NCBI GenBank assembly: GCA_030390025.1
Contig: CM059432.1
Span: forward strand, 13,952,001 to 14,016,000
Reading direction: 5' to 3'
Length of the DNA: 64,000 nt
Source: Squalus acanthias
Lineage: Eukaryota
Shown: positions 12,091 to 24,480 of the stretch, piece by piece
Position numbering within the stretch: the first letter of the stretch is position 1
Layout: each line of letters begins with the position of its first letter
Translations under genes and position numbers: made by a program
Notes under the pieces: generated by a model
Seen by the model: the letters and a program-made list of their open reading frames with translations, nothing else
What the model was told of the DNA's origin: nothing
Database searches by the model: none

Positions 12091-14254
12091 ATAGTAGTTC
12101 CGTACTTCAGCAAGAAATTTGCCAAACGTTGCTTCATGCTGAGTTCCGAACAACACTGCAACACTTGCGTTTTGAGAGCTTTTACTATTCTGACTGACCT
12201 TCCGGCTGCACTTTTGGCAAGCACTGGATTTGCTGACAAGTGATTCAAGATCACTGTCCCATCCAGGCCAGTAAACAAAGCTTCTTGCAATTGATTTCAT
12301 ACTGACGATCCCTGGTTGTTCAATATGAAGTTCGGCCAGAATTCTATCTCTCAGCAAAGTAGGTCCCACCACTCTGTTTCCCCACTTGATACAACCTTGC
12401 TCACAAGACAATTCAGTACGACGGTTATGGAATGGTTTCAATTCTGTGTCCATATACTGATCAGTCCATCCATTCAAGGTGTTTACATACACTCTTTTCA
12501 GTACTGAGTCCTTTTGAGTCTCATCTGCAATCTCAGTTGCATTCACGGGAAAGTCTTTGCCAATTGCACCTAACATCAAAATTGCACCTTCACTCCCAAC
12601 ACACGAGTCCTCATATGGCAACCTGGACAAGGCATCTGCGATTGCGTTTTGCTTTGAAGTGCGATATTCAATCGTGTAGTCATATTGTGACAACAACACT
12701 GCCCAATGTTGCATTCTTGATGCGGCCATTGCAGGGATGGCAGATTTGGGCCCCAATATTGCTAGGAGCGGTTTGTGATCGGTTATCAGGGTAAAGTTTC
12801 TGCCGATAAGGAACTGTTGGAATTTCTTGATTCCAAACACAATGGCGAGTGCTTCAATTTGTGCGTAGTTTCTTTTGCTCTTTGTGAGAGTTCACGATGC
12901 AAACGCGATTGGTTTCTCTTGGCCGTCATCCATTACGTAGCTTATGACAGCTCCCACACCGTAACTGGAAGCATCACACGCTAACTTAAGCTCACGCTCT
13001 GTGTCATAGTGCACAAGTAGAGCATCGCTAGAGAAACTTCTCTTACAAGTGTTGTAAGCTTCTTGTTGCACTTTCATCCACTTCCACTGGACATCCTTCT
13101 TGAGGAGCGCGTGCAATGGAGCTAACATGGTCGCTAACTCAGGTAAGAAATGTGTGTAGTACTGGACCATTCCAAGGAAAGATCTTAACTCAGACATGTT
13201 CTTTGGCTTTGGAGCATTGATGACAGCATCAACCTTTTCCTTCACTGGTTGCAAGCCATTTGTATCAACTTTCAGACCAAGGTACACAACCTCAGGCTGC
13301 ACAAAAGTACATTTGCTCCTTTTCAATTTGACATTGTGGGAATTCAACCTTTGAAGCACTAAATCTAACACTTCTAGATTTTCTTCCTCGCTGCTTGTTG
13401 CGATCAGCACATTGTCTTGATTGCATAAGCAATTTGGAACTCATTGCAAAATCTTATCCATATGGCAGCTTGGTGTATGAGTACAGCCCCTTGTGTGTGT
13501 TGATGATGAGATACTGTTGACTCTCTTTGTCAACATTCAGCTGAGCGTAAGCGTGCTACAGGTCAAGCTTGGAGAAAACCTTTGACCCAGAGAGTGCTGC
13601 ATACAAATCTTGTGATGTAGGTAACGGGTACTGCTCATCGTCAACTGCTTGGTTGATAGTAACTTTATAGTCACCACACAAGCATACCGTTTTGTCTGCT
13701 TTGGGCACTACCACGATCGGGGTAGTTCATTCACTTTTGTTAGTTTTTACTAGCACTCCGTTCTCTCTCAGTTTCTCTTGCTCTTCCTCCACCTGACTTT
13801 TCAACGCATAGGAGACCGGCCTTGCCTTACAAGAGACAGGCTTTGCATTGGACTTGATGCGGATATGCGCGTCATACCCAATGATGCCCTCATAACTGTC
13901 TGAGAGCGTGCTTTCGTACTTGTTCAGCATTGTGTCGAGTTGCTTCTTTGAAGCATCTACACTGAAGACGTTTTTCCAGTCTAGTTTTAACTTTCTCAAC
14001 CAGTCTTTGCCCATGACGGTTGGCCTGTTGTAGCTCGCTACAATAATAGGCAATTTTACTGACTGGCCATTGTGTTGAACTGTACATTCCATTTGTCCAC
14101 ATGACTCTAGGATTTCTCCAGAGTAGGTTTTTAACTCTATGGTACTCTTTGTAAGTGGTATTTGATTAAACTTGCTCTTATATGTGTCCTTACTCATGAT
14201 AGAGCAGTCTGCAGCTGTGTCGATACACATATCAATATATTGCTTGTTGATCAA
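12091..14254 (-). pseudogene. Gypsy pol remnant: aspartic protease, RT, RNase H and integrase zinc finger, with frameshifts and stops
   Basis: IDTAADCS (protease), LRSFLGMVQYY, LACDASSYGVGAV, ITDHKPL, NAIADALSRLP, LH..PGI..MKSIARSFVYWPG. Confidence 0.88.
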
Positions 14255-14833
14255 AAGTTTTGTATGGAAGTCTTTCTCACGACTGCTGGTGTTGCTGCTA
14301 GTGGCCTAGATACTGTAGATGTGAAGGAGTAAGCCATATAAACTATTCAGAAAAATACACCATTCTATGAAAGAATTCTGGCCTTATTAGAAACATGACA
14401 AACTGGGAAACCCAGACTATGGAAAAGCTGTGATAGAATTCCGGCTATAGAGATAAGATAGTTGTTGACACTGAATCAATAACCTTATTGAAACAGAAGA
14501 TTAAAGGCTCCTGACAGTCTGAATCTTTCGGAAGAAACAAAGGTTCACCCTGTACAAGGTGTTCTAATTTACACTTCGTAAAGAGGCACAAACAGAAGGC
14601 CTTAGTAAAAATGACATCAAATAAAATGCACCTGCTGTTACACCATTTTTTATGGTAAGCTTGGAACACCTAGAGGAGAGACACGAGTCTGTATTGCTAC
14701 CAGCTGAGGTGACTAAGAATTGCATAGATCACCCTGGTTAAGGTGTTCTAATTTACACTTCGTAAAGAGGCACAAACAGAAGGCCTTAGTAAAAATGACA
14801 TCAAATGAAACGCACCTGCTGTTACAGCGTTTT

Positions 14834-15454
14834 TTAGGCTTTATGACTGTAGACCTCAGCTGCACTAGTCACTTGTGTTGGACGGAGCTCCCTAGCATTC
14901 TTAGATGCTATCTCCATAGATAGGGTAATTTTGCATGCATTGTCAAACGTTAGGTTTGGAGTGTTCAGTAACTTGGACTGTGTGCGCTCATCCACCAGTC
15001 CACACTCAAACTTATCTCGCAACGCACGATCCAAAAGTGTGCCGAAGTTACAATGCAAAGACAGGTTCTTAAGAGCTACAATGTACTCACTGATGGTTTC
15101 ACTTTGTTTTTGGTTTCTGGTACCAAACTTATAGCTCTCTGCTATTTCTAACGGCTTTGGGTCGAAATGGTCCGCGAGTTTCTTGACAATGTCTTCAAAC
15201 AACGCATCCTTCGCTTTCCCTGACGCGAGTAGGTTTGTCAACATTCCAGAGACATCTGACCCGATCTCCGTTAGAAAAATTGCTTTCTTCTGTTCACGAA
15301 TTACTTTATTTTGAGCTTGAACATTCTCATCTGCACCTTCGGTCTCAATAATGGCCCTAAAAAATATCTCCATCCGCTCAATGTAAGAACTGAATGGTTC
15401 ATGAGCTCGGTCATACATGCCGAGGCTTCTGATGAATCCCGCAGGCGCGGCCAT
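14834..15454 (-). pseudogene. Gypsy gag N-terminal/capsid region
   Basis: 206-aa ORF with YIERMEIFF, RNQKQSETISEYIVALKNLSLHCNFG, LRDKFECGL..ERTQSKLL. Confidence 0.85.
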
Positions 15455-15690
15455 TATTGTCCCGATCCCGTCGAACAGTGACTCAGCACGCTACCTGTGT
15501 ACCTGTGAGAATCAACGCCGCTGTTGCTGTGTATACATACACGCGAAGGCGAAGCACAGACGATTGTGCATGAGCATTAATGGTAAAACATCGCAAAAAT
15601 TCAGTTTAGGTGTCACAAATTCACCTTAAACTTGTCCACTTGAAGGTTAAGCACTGTTCCCTTCCATGATCCCTAAAAATGGCTTTGGGA

Positions 15691-15707
15691 TCCCATCCTT
15701 GTTGCCA
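15691..15707 (-). other. Primer-binding site complementary to the tRNA-Ser(GCT) 3' end
   Basis: Plus strand tcccatccttgttgcca versus tRNA-Ser(GCT) 3' end UCCCAUCCUCGUCGCCA (two CpG-type transitions), 3 nt from the LTR. Confidence 0.75.
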
Positions 15708-15710
15708 AAA

Positions 15711-15847
15711 TGTAATATATGTGGGTAGAACAAATGAAGGGCAAAGACACGATGAGTTGCTAGTCCATGTGCTTGCTTTATTAGGCCAGAGCAAACTGAG
15801 CATGCTCATACTAAACCATGTGACAAACCAAGTGATAATACATTACA
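15711..15847 (-). repeat. Gypsy 5' LTR
   Basis: tgtaat...attaca termini, AATAAA on the minus strand, repeat of 10557-10692. Confidence 0.9.
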
Positions 15848-16385
15848 GATAGGAACATCAGTCATGATGGGACCTGGTTTGGCTGTGATAGCGCCAATAT
15901 TCATTATCTAGACTCTCAAATGGTGAGGGATTGGAGAGTGACTAATGCTTGTTCCTCTGAAAGAATAAGGTCCTTCAGGAGTGAAAATTGGAGGGGAGAT
16001 ACATAATATATATAATATAAAATGTGGAAATATAGAAAGATTTTTCAGCTTTTAAAATATATATTTCTCATCTTTCACATAATTATAAAACTTGATTTGT
16101 TTTCAGATTTTCTAAAATAAGACTTGTACAGAAGCAGAGAGTGTTTTTATTTTGTGGTATTTTTAGAGCAAAATAAAAATTCAATTACAATTTGCTTTAG
16201 TTATGAAGAGAGCTAATACAGGTGTTTAAAATTATCAGGGTTTTTTGATAAGGTACATCAGAAAGAAACTATTTCCATTGGTCAGTGAGTCAGTAACTGA
16301 AGGGTATAAATTTAAAATTATAAAGAAAAGAAAGACTTGGATTTCCATAACACCTTTCACGACCACCAAACGTCTCAAAGCGCTT

Positions 16386-18152
16386 TAAGAACATAAGAAC
16401 ATAAGAAATAGGAGCAGGAGTAGACCAATCGGCCCCTCGAGCCTGCTCCGCCATTCAATGAGATCATGGCTGATCTGATCCAACCTCAACTCTAAAGAAC
16501 ACAAGAAGCAGGAGCAGGACCAGGGCACTCGGCCCCTGGGCCCGCTCCGCCACCCACAGGGCCTTGACCGATCCGAACTCAAACTCATCTCGAATTTCCA
16601 GCCCGCTCCCCGTAACCCCTGATTCCCTTTACTTCTAGGAAACGGTCTATTTCTGTTTTAAATTTATTTAATGAAGTAGCTTCCACAGCTTCCTGGGGTA
16701 GCAAATTCCACAGACCCACTACCCTCTGAGTGAAAAAGTTTCTCCTCATCTCAGTTTTGAAAGAGGAGCCCCTTATTCTAAGATTATGTCCCCTAGTTCT
16801 AGTTTCACCCATCATTGGGAACATCCTCACCGCGTCCACCCGATCAAGCCCCTTCACAATCTTATATGTTTCAATAAGATCGCCTCTCATTCTTCTGAAC
16901 TCCAATGAGTAGAGTCCCAATCTACTCAACCTCTCCTCGTATGTCCACCCCCTCATCCCCGGAATTAACCGAGTGAACCTTCTTTATACTGCCTCGAGAG
17001 CAAGTATGTCTTTTCTTAAGTATGGACACCAAAACTGTATGCAGTACTCCAGGTGTGGTCTCACCAATACCCTATACAACTGCAGCAATACCTCCCTGTT
17101 TTTATATTCTATCCCCCTAGCAATAAAAGCCAACATTCCATTGGCTTTCTTGATCACCTGCTGCACCTGCATACTAACTTTTTGATTTTCTTGCACCAAG
17201 ACCCCCAGATCCCTTTGTACTGCAGTACTTTCCAGTTTCTCGCCATTAAGATAATAACTTGCTTTCTGATTTTTCCTGCCAAAGTGCATAACCTCACATT
17301 TTCCAATATTGTATTGCATCTGCCAAATCTCTGCCCACTCACCCAGCCTGTCTATATCCCCTTGTAGGTTTTTTATGTCCTCCTCACTCTCTACTTTCCC
17401 TCCCATCTTTGTATCATCTGCAAACTTTGATATGTTACACTCGGTCCCCTCCTCCAAATCGTTAATATAGATTGTAAAGAGTTGGGGACCCAGCACCGAC
17501 CCCTGCGGAACACCACTGGCTACTGGTTGCCAGTCCGAGAATGAACCATTTATCCCAACTCTCTGCTTCCTGTTAGATAACCAATCCTCCACCCATGCCA
17601 GAATATTACCCCCAATCCAGTGATTTTTTATCTTGAGTAATAATCTTTTATGTGGCACCTTGTCGAATGCCTTCTGGAAGTCTAAATACACTACATCCAC
17701 TGGTTCCCCTTTATCCACCCTGTACGTTATGTCCTCAAAGAACTCGAGCAAATTTGTCAGACATGACTTCCCCTTCATAAAGCCATGCTGACTTTGTCCT
17801 ATTAAATTATGTTTATCTAAATGTTCCGTTACTATCTCCTTAATAATAGACTCCAAAATTTTACCCACCACAGATGTTAGGCTAACTGGTCTATAATTTC
17901 CAGCCTTCTGCCTACAACCCTTTTTAAATAAGGGTGTTACATTAGCAGTTTTCCAATCTGCCGGGACCTTTGCTGAGTTCAGGGAGTTTTGGAAAATTAT
18001 TACCAAAGCAACCACAATTCCTACTGCCACTTCCCTCAAGACCCTAGGATGTAAGCCATCAGGTCCAGGGGATTTATCTGCCTTGAGTCCCATTATTTTA
18101 CTGAGTACCAATTCCTTAGTGATTTTAATAGTATTTAGCTCCTCCCCCACTA
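16386..18152 (-). mobile_element. Young CR1 LINE, 5'-truncated, RT domain nearly intact
   Basis: ORFs 16984-18399 and 16585-16956 lie in one frame separated by a single stop; SPGPDG, NYRPVSLTSVVGKILE, YLDFQKAFDKV, KFADDTK; (taagaaca)n tail. Confidence 0.93.
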
Positions 18153-18254
18153 GAGTCAATGAAGTAGTCACTGTTGTAATGAAGGAAATTTTCACCAAAA
18201 TAAAGATGGGAAAGGAGAGGACATTTTTTTTATGTAGAGGGTTTTTAGGATATT

Positions 18255-18643
18255 GAATGCAATATAAGATTCTGAAGGGGATTGACAGGGTAGATGCTGA
18301 GAGGGTGTTTCTTCTGGTTGGAGTGTCTAGAACTAGGGGGCATAGTCTCAGGATAAGGGGTTGGCCATTTAAGACTGAGATGAGGAGGAATTTCTTCACT
18401 CAGAGGGTTGTGAATCTTTGGAATTCTCTTCCCCAAAGGGCTGTGGATGCTGAATCATTGAGTATATTCAAGACTGAGATAGATAGATCTTTGGACTCCA
18501 GGGGAATCAAGGGATATGGGGATCGGGCGGGAAAGTGGAGTTGAGGTCGAAGATCAGCCATGATCTTATTGAATAGCGGAGCTGGATCGAGGGGCCATAT
18601 GGCCTACTCCTGCTCCTAATTCTTATGTTCTTATGGTCTTATG
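18255..18643 (+). mobile_element. CR1 3' fragment
   Basis: YKILKGIDRVDAER...FFTQRVVNLWNSLP plus 3' UTR. Confidence 0.88.
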
Positions 18644-19409
18644 TACCAAAAACAGTGGTGCAAGGAGAATCCATAATAGCTTTCAAAAGAGAAGTAGATA
18701 AATATTGAAAAATAAAAATTTAAAGGACATAGAGGAAGGGGGTGGAATGGGACTAAATGGATAACACTTTCAGAGGGTAGGCACATGTGTGATGGACTTA
18801 GTGAGCTCTTTCTGTGCTCTGATGTTCAATGTTGCAATCGTTCTAATTTGGTTTTGAAGCAGAATTGCTACTACAGCCTTCAGGGGTGTCATACGTAAGT
18901 TAACAACACAATTTGTGATTGGCTAACCATAATTTCTATTCTGATGGACAGCGGTTGCCTTCTGATTGGCTGTCATCATGGCAGTCAGGCCAATTAGATA
19001 AACTCAGGTGCTGTGGCAGACCTCATGAAAATGTGGTTTTAGTACCTTTCCTGTTGCTCAGCTGCTCTGTCCCTTACTGTGGTTGAACTTAGAGACTTAA
19101 GTTTGCGAATCTTAAAAAATGGCTGTTTCTCGCTCAAACTGGAAAACAAAACCTTACTTGCCTTAGACTTCTCTTCAATTCCCTCACCTTGTCACTGGCA
19201 ATGACTTTCATCTGTATTTCATACAAAACCAATGGAGTAAAATTAGTTTGATAATTTAAAAAAAGCTGTATGTGTACAACATGAGAAATCTAGTGTTGTA
19301 TGCAGTCAATTCAATGTTGTTTTGCTAAATTAATGGCAGAGGAATTTTACCCCCATAGAATTGCAAAGGGTTTAGCCATATGGCACATTTATAACAAGTT
19401 TCTTACATA

Positions 19410-19662
19410 AAAACTTAAGAATTAGGAGCGGGAGTAGGCCATTCGGCCTTTCGAGCCTACTCCGCCATTCAGTAAGATCATAGCTGATCTTCGACCTCAA
19501 CTCCACTTTCCTGCCCTATCCCCATATCCCTTGATTCACCGAGAGTCCAAAAATCTATCGATCTCAGCCTTGAATTTACTCAAAGACTGAGCATCCACAG
19601 CCCTCTGGGGCAGAGAATTCCAGAGATTTGCAACCCTCTGAGTGAAGAAATTTCTCCTCAAC
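19410..19662 (-). mobile_element. CR1 3' fragment
   Basis: RRNFFTQRVANLWNSLP plus 3' UTR. Confidence 0.85.
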
Positions 19663-19711
19663 TTACAGTAAGATTCTCTCTTTTTTAAGGCATTTCCCTC
19701 CTTCCGCCTCA

Positions 19712-22700
19712 TACATAGAAACATAGAAACATAGAAGATAGGAGCAGGAGTAGGCCATTCGGCCCCTCGAGCCTGCTCCGCCATTCAATGAGATCATGGC
19801 TGATCATCCAAACTCAGTACCCTGTACCTGCTTTCTCCCCATATCCCTTGATACCTTTAGCTTTAAGAAATATATCTAACTCATTCTTGAATATATTTAA
19901 TGACTTGGCCTCAACTACCTTCTGTGGTAGAGAATTCCACAGGTTCACCACTCTCTGGGTGAAGAAATTCTTCCTCATTTCTGTCCTAAATGCCTTACCC
20001 CTTATCCTTAGATTATGACCCCTGGTTCTGGACTCTCCGACCATCGGGAACATTCTTCCTGCATCTAGTTTGTCCAGACCTGTCAGAATTTTATATGTTT
20101 CGATGAGATCCCCTCTCATTCTTCTATACTCCAGCGAGTATAAGCCCAATCGACCCAATCTCTCCTCATATGTCATTCCTGCCATCCCAGGTATCAGCCT
20201 TGTGAATCTTCGCTGAACTCCTTCCATGGCAAGAACATCCTTCCTCAGATAAGGCGACCAAAACTGCACACAGTACTCAAGGTGTGGTCTCACCAAGGCC
20301 CTGTACAACTGCAGCAGGACATCCCTGTTCCTATACTCAAACCCTTTCGCTATGAAGGCCAACATACCATTTGCCTTCTTCACCGCCTGCTGCACCTGCA
20401 TGCTTACCTTCAGCGACTGGTGCACAAGGACACCCAGGTCTCGTTGCACTTCCCCTTCTCCCAATCTATTGCCATTCAGATAATAGTCTGCCTTTCTGTT
20501 TTTGACATACAAAGTGGATAACCTCGCATTTATCCACATTATACTGCATCTGCCACGCTTCTGCCCACTCACCCAACCTGTCCAAATCATCCTGGAGTTT
20601 CTCGGTATCCTCCTCGCAGCACACACTCCCACCCAGCTTTGTGTCATCTGCAAACTTGGAGATATTACATTTAGTTCCCTTATCTAGATCATTAATGTAT
20701 ATTGTGAATAGCTGGGGTCCAAGGACTGATCCCTGCGGTACCCCACTAGTCACTGCTTGCCACTCGGAAAAAGACCCATTAATTCCTACTCTCTGTTTTC
20801 TGTCCGCCAACCAGTTCTCTATCCAAGTCAATACCTTGCCCCCAATCCCATGTGCCTTAACTTTACACGCTAATCTCTTATGCGGGACCTTATCGAAAGC
20901 CTTTTGAAAGTCCAAATACACCACATCCACTGGTTCTCCCTTATCTATTTTCCCCGTTACATCCTCAAAAAATTCCAGTAGATTAGTCAAGCACGATTTA
21001 CCTTTTGTAAATCCATGTTGACTTTGTCCGATCCTGTCACTGTTTTTCAAGTGCTCAGCTATTACATCCTTTATAATGGACTCTAGCATTTTCCCCACTA
21101 CCGATGTCAGGCTTACCGGTCTGTAATTCCCCGCTTTCTCTCTACCACCCTTTTTGAATAGTGGGGTAACATTAGCTACCCTCCAATCCATGGGTACAGT
21201 TCCAGATTCCATCGAATGTTGGAAGATGATCAGCAATGCATCTACTATTTCTAGGGCCACTTCCTTAAGTACCCTAGGATGTAGATTATCAGGCCCTGGG
21301 GATTTATCGGCCTTCAATCCCGTCAATTTCCCTAACACCATTTCCCTGCAAATACTGATTTCTTTCAGTTCCTCCCTTTCATCAGACCGTATGTTCTCCA
21401 ACATCTCTGGGAGGTTATTTGTGTCCTCCTTTGTGAAGACAGAACCAAAATATGCATTTAATTGGTTTGCCATTTCTTTGTTCCCCATTATAACTTCCCC
21501 CGCTTCTGACTGCAAGGGACCTACACTTGATTTCACTAATCTTTTCCTCTTCACATATCTATAAACGCTCTTACAGTCAGTTTTTATGTTCCCAGCAAGC
21601 TTACTTTCATATTCAATTTTCCCCTTCTTAATTAATCCCTTTGTCCTCCTTTGTTGAATCCTAAACTGCTCCCAATCCTCAGGGTTACCGCTTTTTCTGG
21701 CCAATTTATATGCCCTCTCCTTGGATCTTATGCTATCCCTAATTTCCCTTGTTAGCCATGGTTGAGTCACCCTTTTTGTTTTATTCTTATGCCACACTGG
21801 GATGAACAAATTCTATAATTCATCCATGCAGTCTTTGAATGTTTGCCATTGCCTATCCACCGTAAACCCTTTGAGTGACTTTCCCCAATCAATCCTACCC
21901 AATTCGCGCCTCATACCATCGTAGTTTCCTTTATTTAAATTCAGGACCCTAGTCTCTGATTCAACTACTTCACTCTCCATCCTAATGAAGAATTCTATCA
22001 TATTATGATCACTCTGACCCAAGGGGCCTCGTACAACAAGATTGCTAATTAATCCTTTCTCGTTACATAATACCCAGTCTAAGATGGCCTGATCTCTGGT
22101 TGGTTCCTCGACATATTGTTCCAGAAAACCATCCCATAAACATTCTAGGAATTCCTCCTCCACAGTATTTTTACTAGTTTGGTTAGCCCAATCTATATGT
22201 AAATTAAAGTCACCCATGATGACTGCTGTGCCCTTACTGCATGCTTCTCTAATTTCCCTTTTAATGTCGTCCCCAACCTCCGTATTACTGTTTGGAGGTC
22301 TATATACCACTCCCACTAACGTTTTCTGCCCCTTGTTATTTCTCAGTTCTACCCATACAGATTCCGCATCATCAGAGCTAATATCCTTCCTTTCAATTGT
22401 GTTAATCCCCTCTTTAACCAGCAATGCTACCCCACCTCCCTTTCTTTTTTGCCTATCTTTCCTAAATATTGAATAACCCTGGATGTTGAGTTCCCAGCCT
22501 TGGCCACCCTGGAGCCATGTTTCTGTAATCCCAATCAAATTGTATTAATTTACCTCTATTTGCACAGCTAATTCATCCATCTTGTTCCGAATGCTCCTTG
22601 CATTAAGACACAAAGCCTTCAGGCTTGTTTTTTTAACGCTCTCAGACCTATATGAATTATTATTTACTGTGACCATGTTGGATTTAAACCGTTGAGTTCT

Positions 22701-22806
22701 TTGCCTTCTACTTTTGTTTTTCTCCTTCCTGTCTTTTGCTTTTATCCTTGTTTCCCTTTCCTCTGTCTCCCTGCTCAGGTTCCCAACCCCCTGCCACTTT
22801 AGTGTC
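19712..22806 (-). mobile_element. CR1 LINE with nearly complete ORF2 (APE endonuclease plus RT), broken by a few frameshifts
   Basis: CLNARSIRNK, GITETW, VYRPPN, GDFN, SDH (endonuclease); RT motifs in ORFs 20466-21809 and 19814-20653; (catagaaa)n tail. Confidence 0.95.
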
Positions 22807-23168
22807 ACAGATGAGGGAGTGAGCCAGGCAATCGGCTGCCTCTGCTTTTGCCGCTCTGAAACTGGAGGCGTATGAGATCGGGGAATAATTCCCCCTCCAA
22901 TATGTACGTCAATTCATCTGCCTGGCTTTTGAACAGTGCCTCCTACAGTAGCTAGGCCAAGATCAGGCAGTCACCGCATGGGTAATAATAGGTACAAACT
23001 CACAATTCACCGTTCCTGCCACTGCATGTTGATGTTGCCGTGTGACATGCCCCATCACTGTTAAAACAGCACTTCCGACGAGGTCACTTAACTGCTACAC
23101 CAGTAAACCTCTATATAGATAATCAAAGTCCACAAATCATCACAATGAGGCGTTTCTTAAGGCTCCTA

Positions 23169-23365
23169 GGGGGAAAAATTCGGTATTGCCCATTTTGGGG
23201 TGCAAATATCGGCGGGGTGCAAAGTTTAGCGCCCAGCGCTAATTATCGCCTCCGACTGCAAAATTCGCCTCTATCGCCCCTGGAGGTGATTTGAGCGATA
23301 AATCAGGCGCTACACACCTCCTGGAGGCGCTAACGGGAGGCGCTAACCAACCGAATTTTTCCCCC
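23169..23365. mobile_element. Harbinger-type MITE (~197 bp)
   Basis: 16-bp perfect TIR gggggaaaaattcggt / accgaatttttccccc; 3-bp flanks cta / ctg. Confidence 0.75.
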
Positions 23366-23529
23366 CTGGTATTCCACAGGTAGATTGAGAGCAGAGTAGC
23401 ACCGTTGAATTGTGTTGACCAGCTGAGAATATCTCTGTTCTAGGCTTTAGCATTGAACAAAAGTCCGATGATCAGAATATTACTGCATGAACTATGATCT
23501 GCACCTTATTGTTTTGTATGTCCGCACAG

Positions 23530-23586
23530 GGTGGACCGATGATGACTCCTTTACCAGCAGCTACACCACTGAAACCGGGATCAGCT
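23530..23586 (+). CDS. ACSS2: ACSS2-family coding exon, GGPMMTPLPAATPLKPGSA
   Basis: ccgcacag| acceptor, GCT|gtaagc donor, 57 nt; TPLP.ATP.KPGSA motif. Confidence 0.93.
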
Positions 23587-23712
23587 GTAAGCTTTAATTC
23601 TAATTCATTGCATCATCATTTTGCTTTTCATGGCGTGAGTTATTTCTTTCCTTCACAAACTGATTCTATAAATTGTTTTGTCCCCCCCCCCCCCACCCCC
23701 ACCCCACTCCAG

Positions 23713-23793
23713 ACATTTCCGTTCTTTGGGGTTCTCCCTGCTATTCTCAATGAACACGGTGAGGAGCTGGAAGGAGAAGCTGAGGGCTACTTG
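23713..23793 (+). CDS. ACSS2: ACSS2-family coding exon, TFPFFGVLPAILNEHGEELEGEAEGYL
   Basis: C-rich tract then ccag| acceptor, TTG|gtaggt donor, 81 nt. Confidence 0.94.
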
Positions 23794-23924
23794 GTAGGTG
23801 CCCAGTTCAGCTCAGACAGGGCCTTCTTAAACTTGTGAATTGGTTACCAACTATCTCGCACAACAGTGAGATTCAAGCTAGTTCCTGTAAACAAGAGAGA
23901 TCGTAATTTTTATCTCAGCTGGAA

Positions 23925-24395
23925 AATTAGGAAGGACGTGAAGGCTTTGGAGAGGGTACATAAGAGATTTACTGGAATGGTTCCAGGGATGAGGGATTAC
24001 AGTTACGTAGATAGACTGGAGAAACTGGGGTTGTTCTCCTTGGAGCAGAGAAGGCCGAGAGGTGATTTGATAGAGGTGGTTAAAATCGTGAAGGATTTAG
24101 ATAGAGTAAATAAAGAGAAACTGTTTCCAATGGCTGAAGGGTCGATAACCAGAGGGCACCGATTTAAGGTGAAGGCAAAAGAACCAGAGATGACATGAAG
24201 AAAAACTTTTTACACAGTGAGTGGTTAGGATTCAATAGTCGCCTTCAAAAGGGAATTGGATAAATACTTGAAGGAGGAACAATTACAGGGATATGGGGAA
24301 AGAGCCGGGGAGTGGGACTAACTGGATTGCTCTTCGAAAGAGCCGGCGCGGACTCGATGGGCCAAATGGCCTCCTGCTGTGCTGTACTATTCTAT
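23925..24395 (+). mobile_element. CR1 3' fragment
   Basis: RKDVKALERVHKRFT...LGLFSLEQRR plus 3' UTR. Confidence 0.88.
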
Positions 24396-24480
24396 AAGTT
24401 GCATTGAATCCTTTGATGCTGATACTGTGCTGTCTAGGGTTATATCACTTTGATGCTGATTCTTTTCTACAAGGCTATAA

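Larger units (their letters stand above)
9195..15847 (-). mobile_element. Degenerate Ty3/Gypsy LTR retrotransposon (gag-PR-RT-RH-IN) with nested CR1 and MITE insertions
   Basis: ~137-bp LTRs bounded by TG..CA, tRNA-Ser PBS, PPT, domain order gag/protease/RT/RNase H/integrase; flanks gatat (9190-9194) and gatag (15848-15852). Confidence 0.88.

Noticed and set aside
18910..18995. Three CCAAT/ATTGG boxes within ~85 bp in an intron
   Set aside because: No associated exon, TSS evidence or CpG island; insufficient to call a promoter.
16585..22808. Long RT/endonuclease ORFs as active genes
   Set aside because: CR1 copies that are 5'-truncated or carry stops and frameshifts; none is autonomous.
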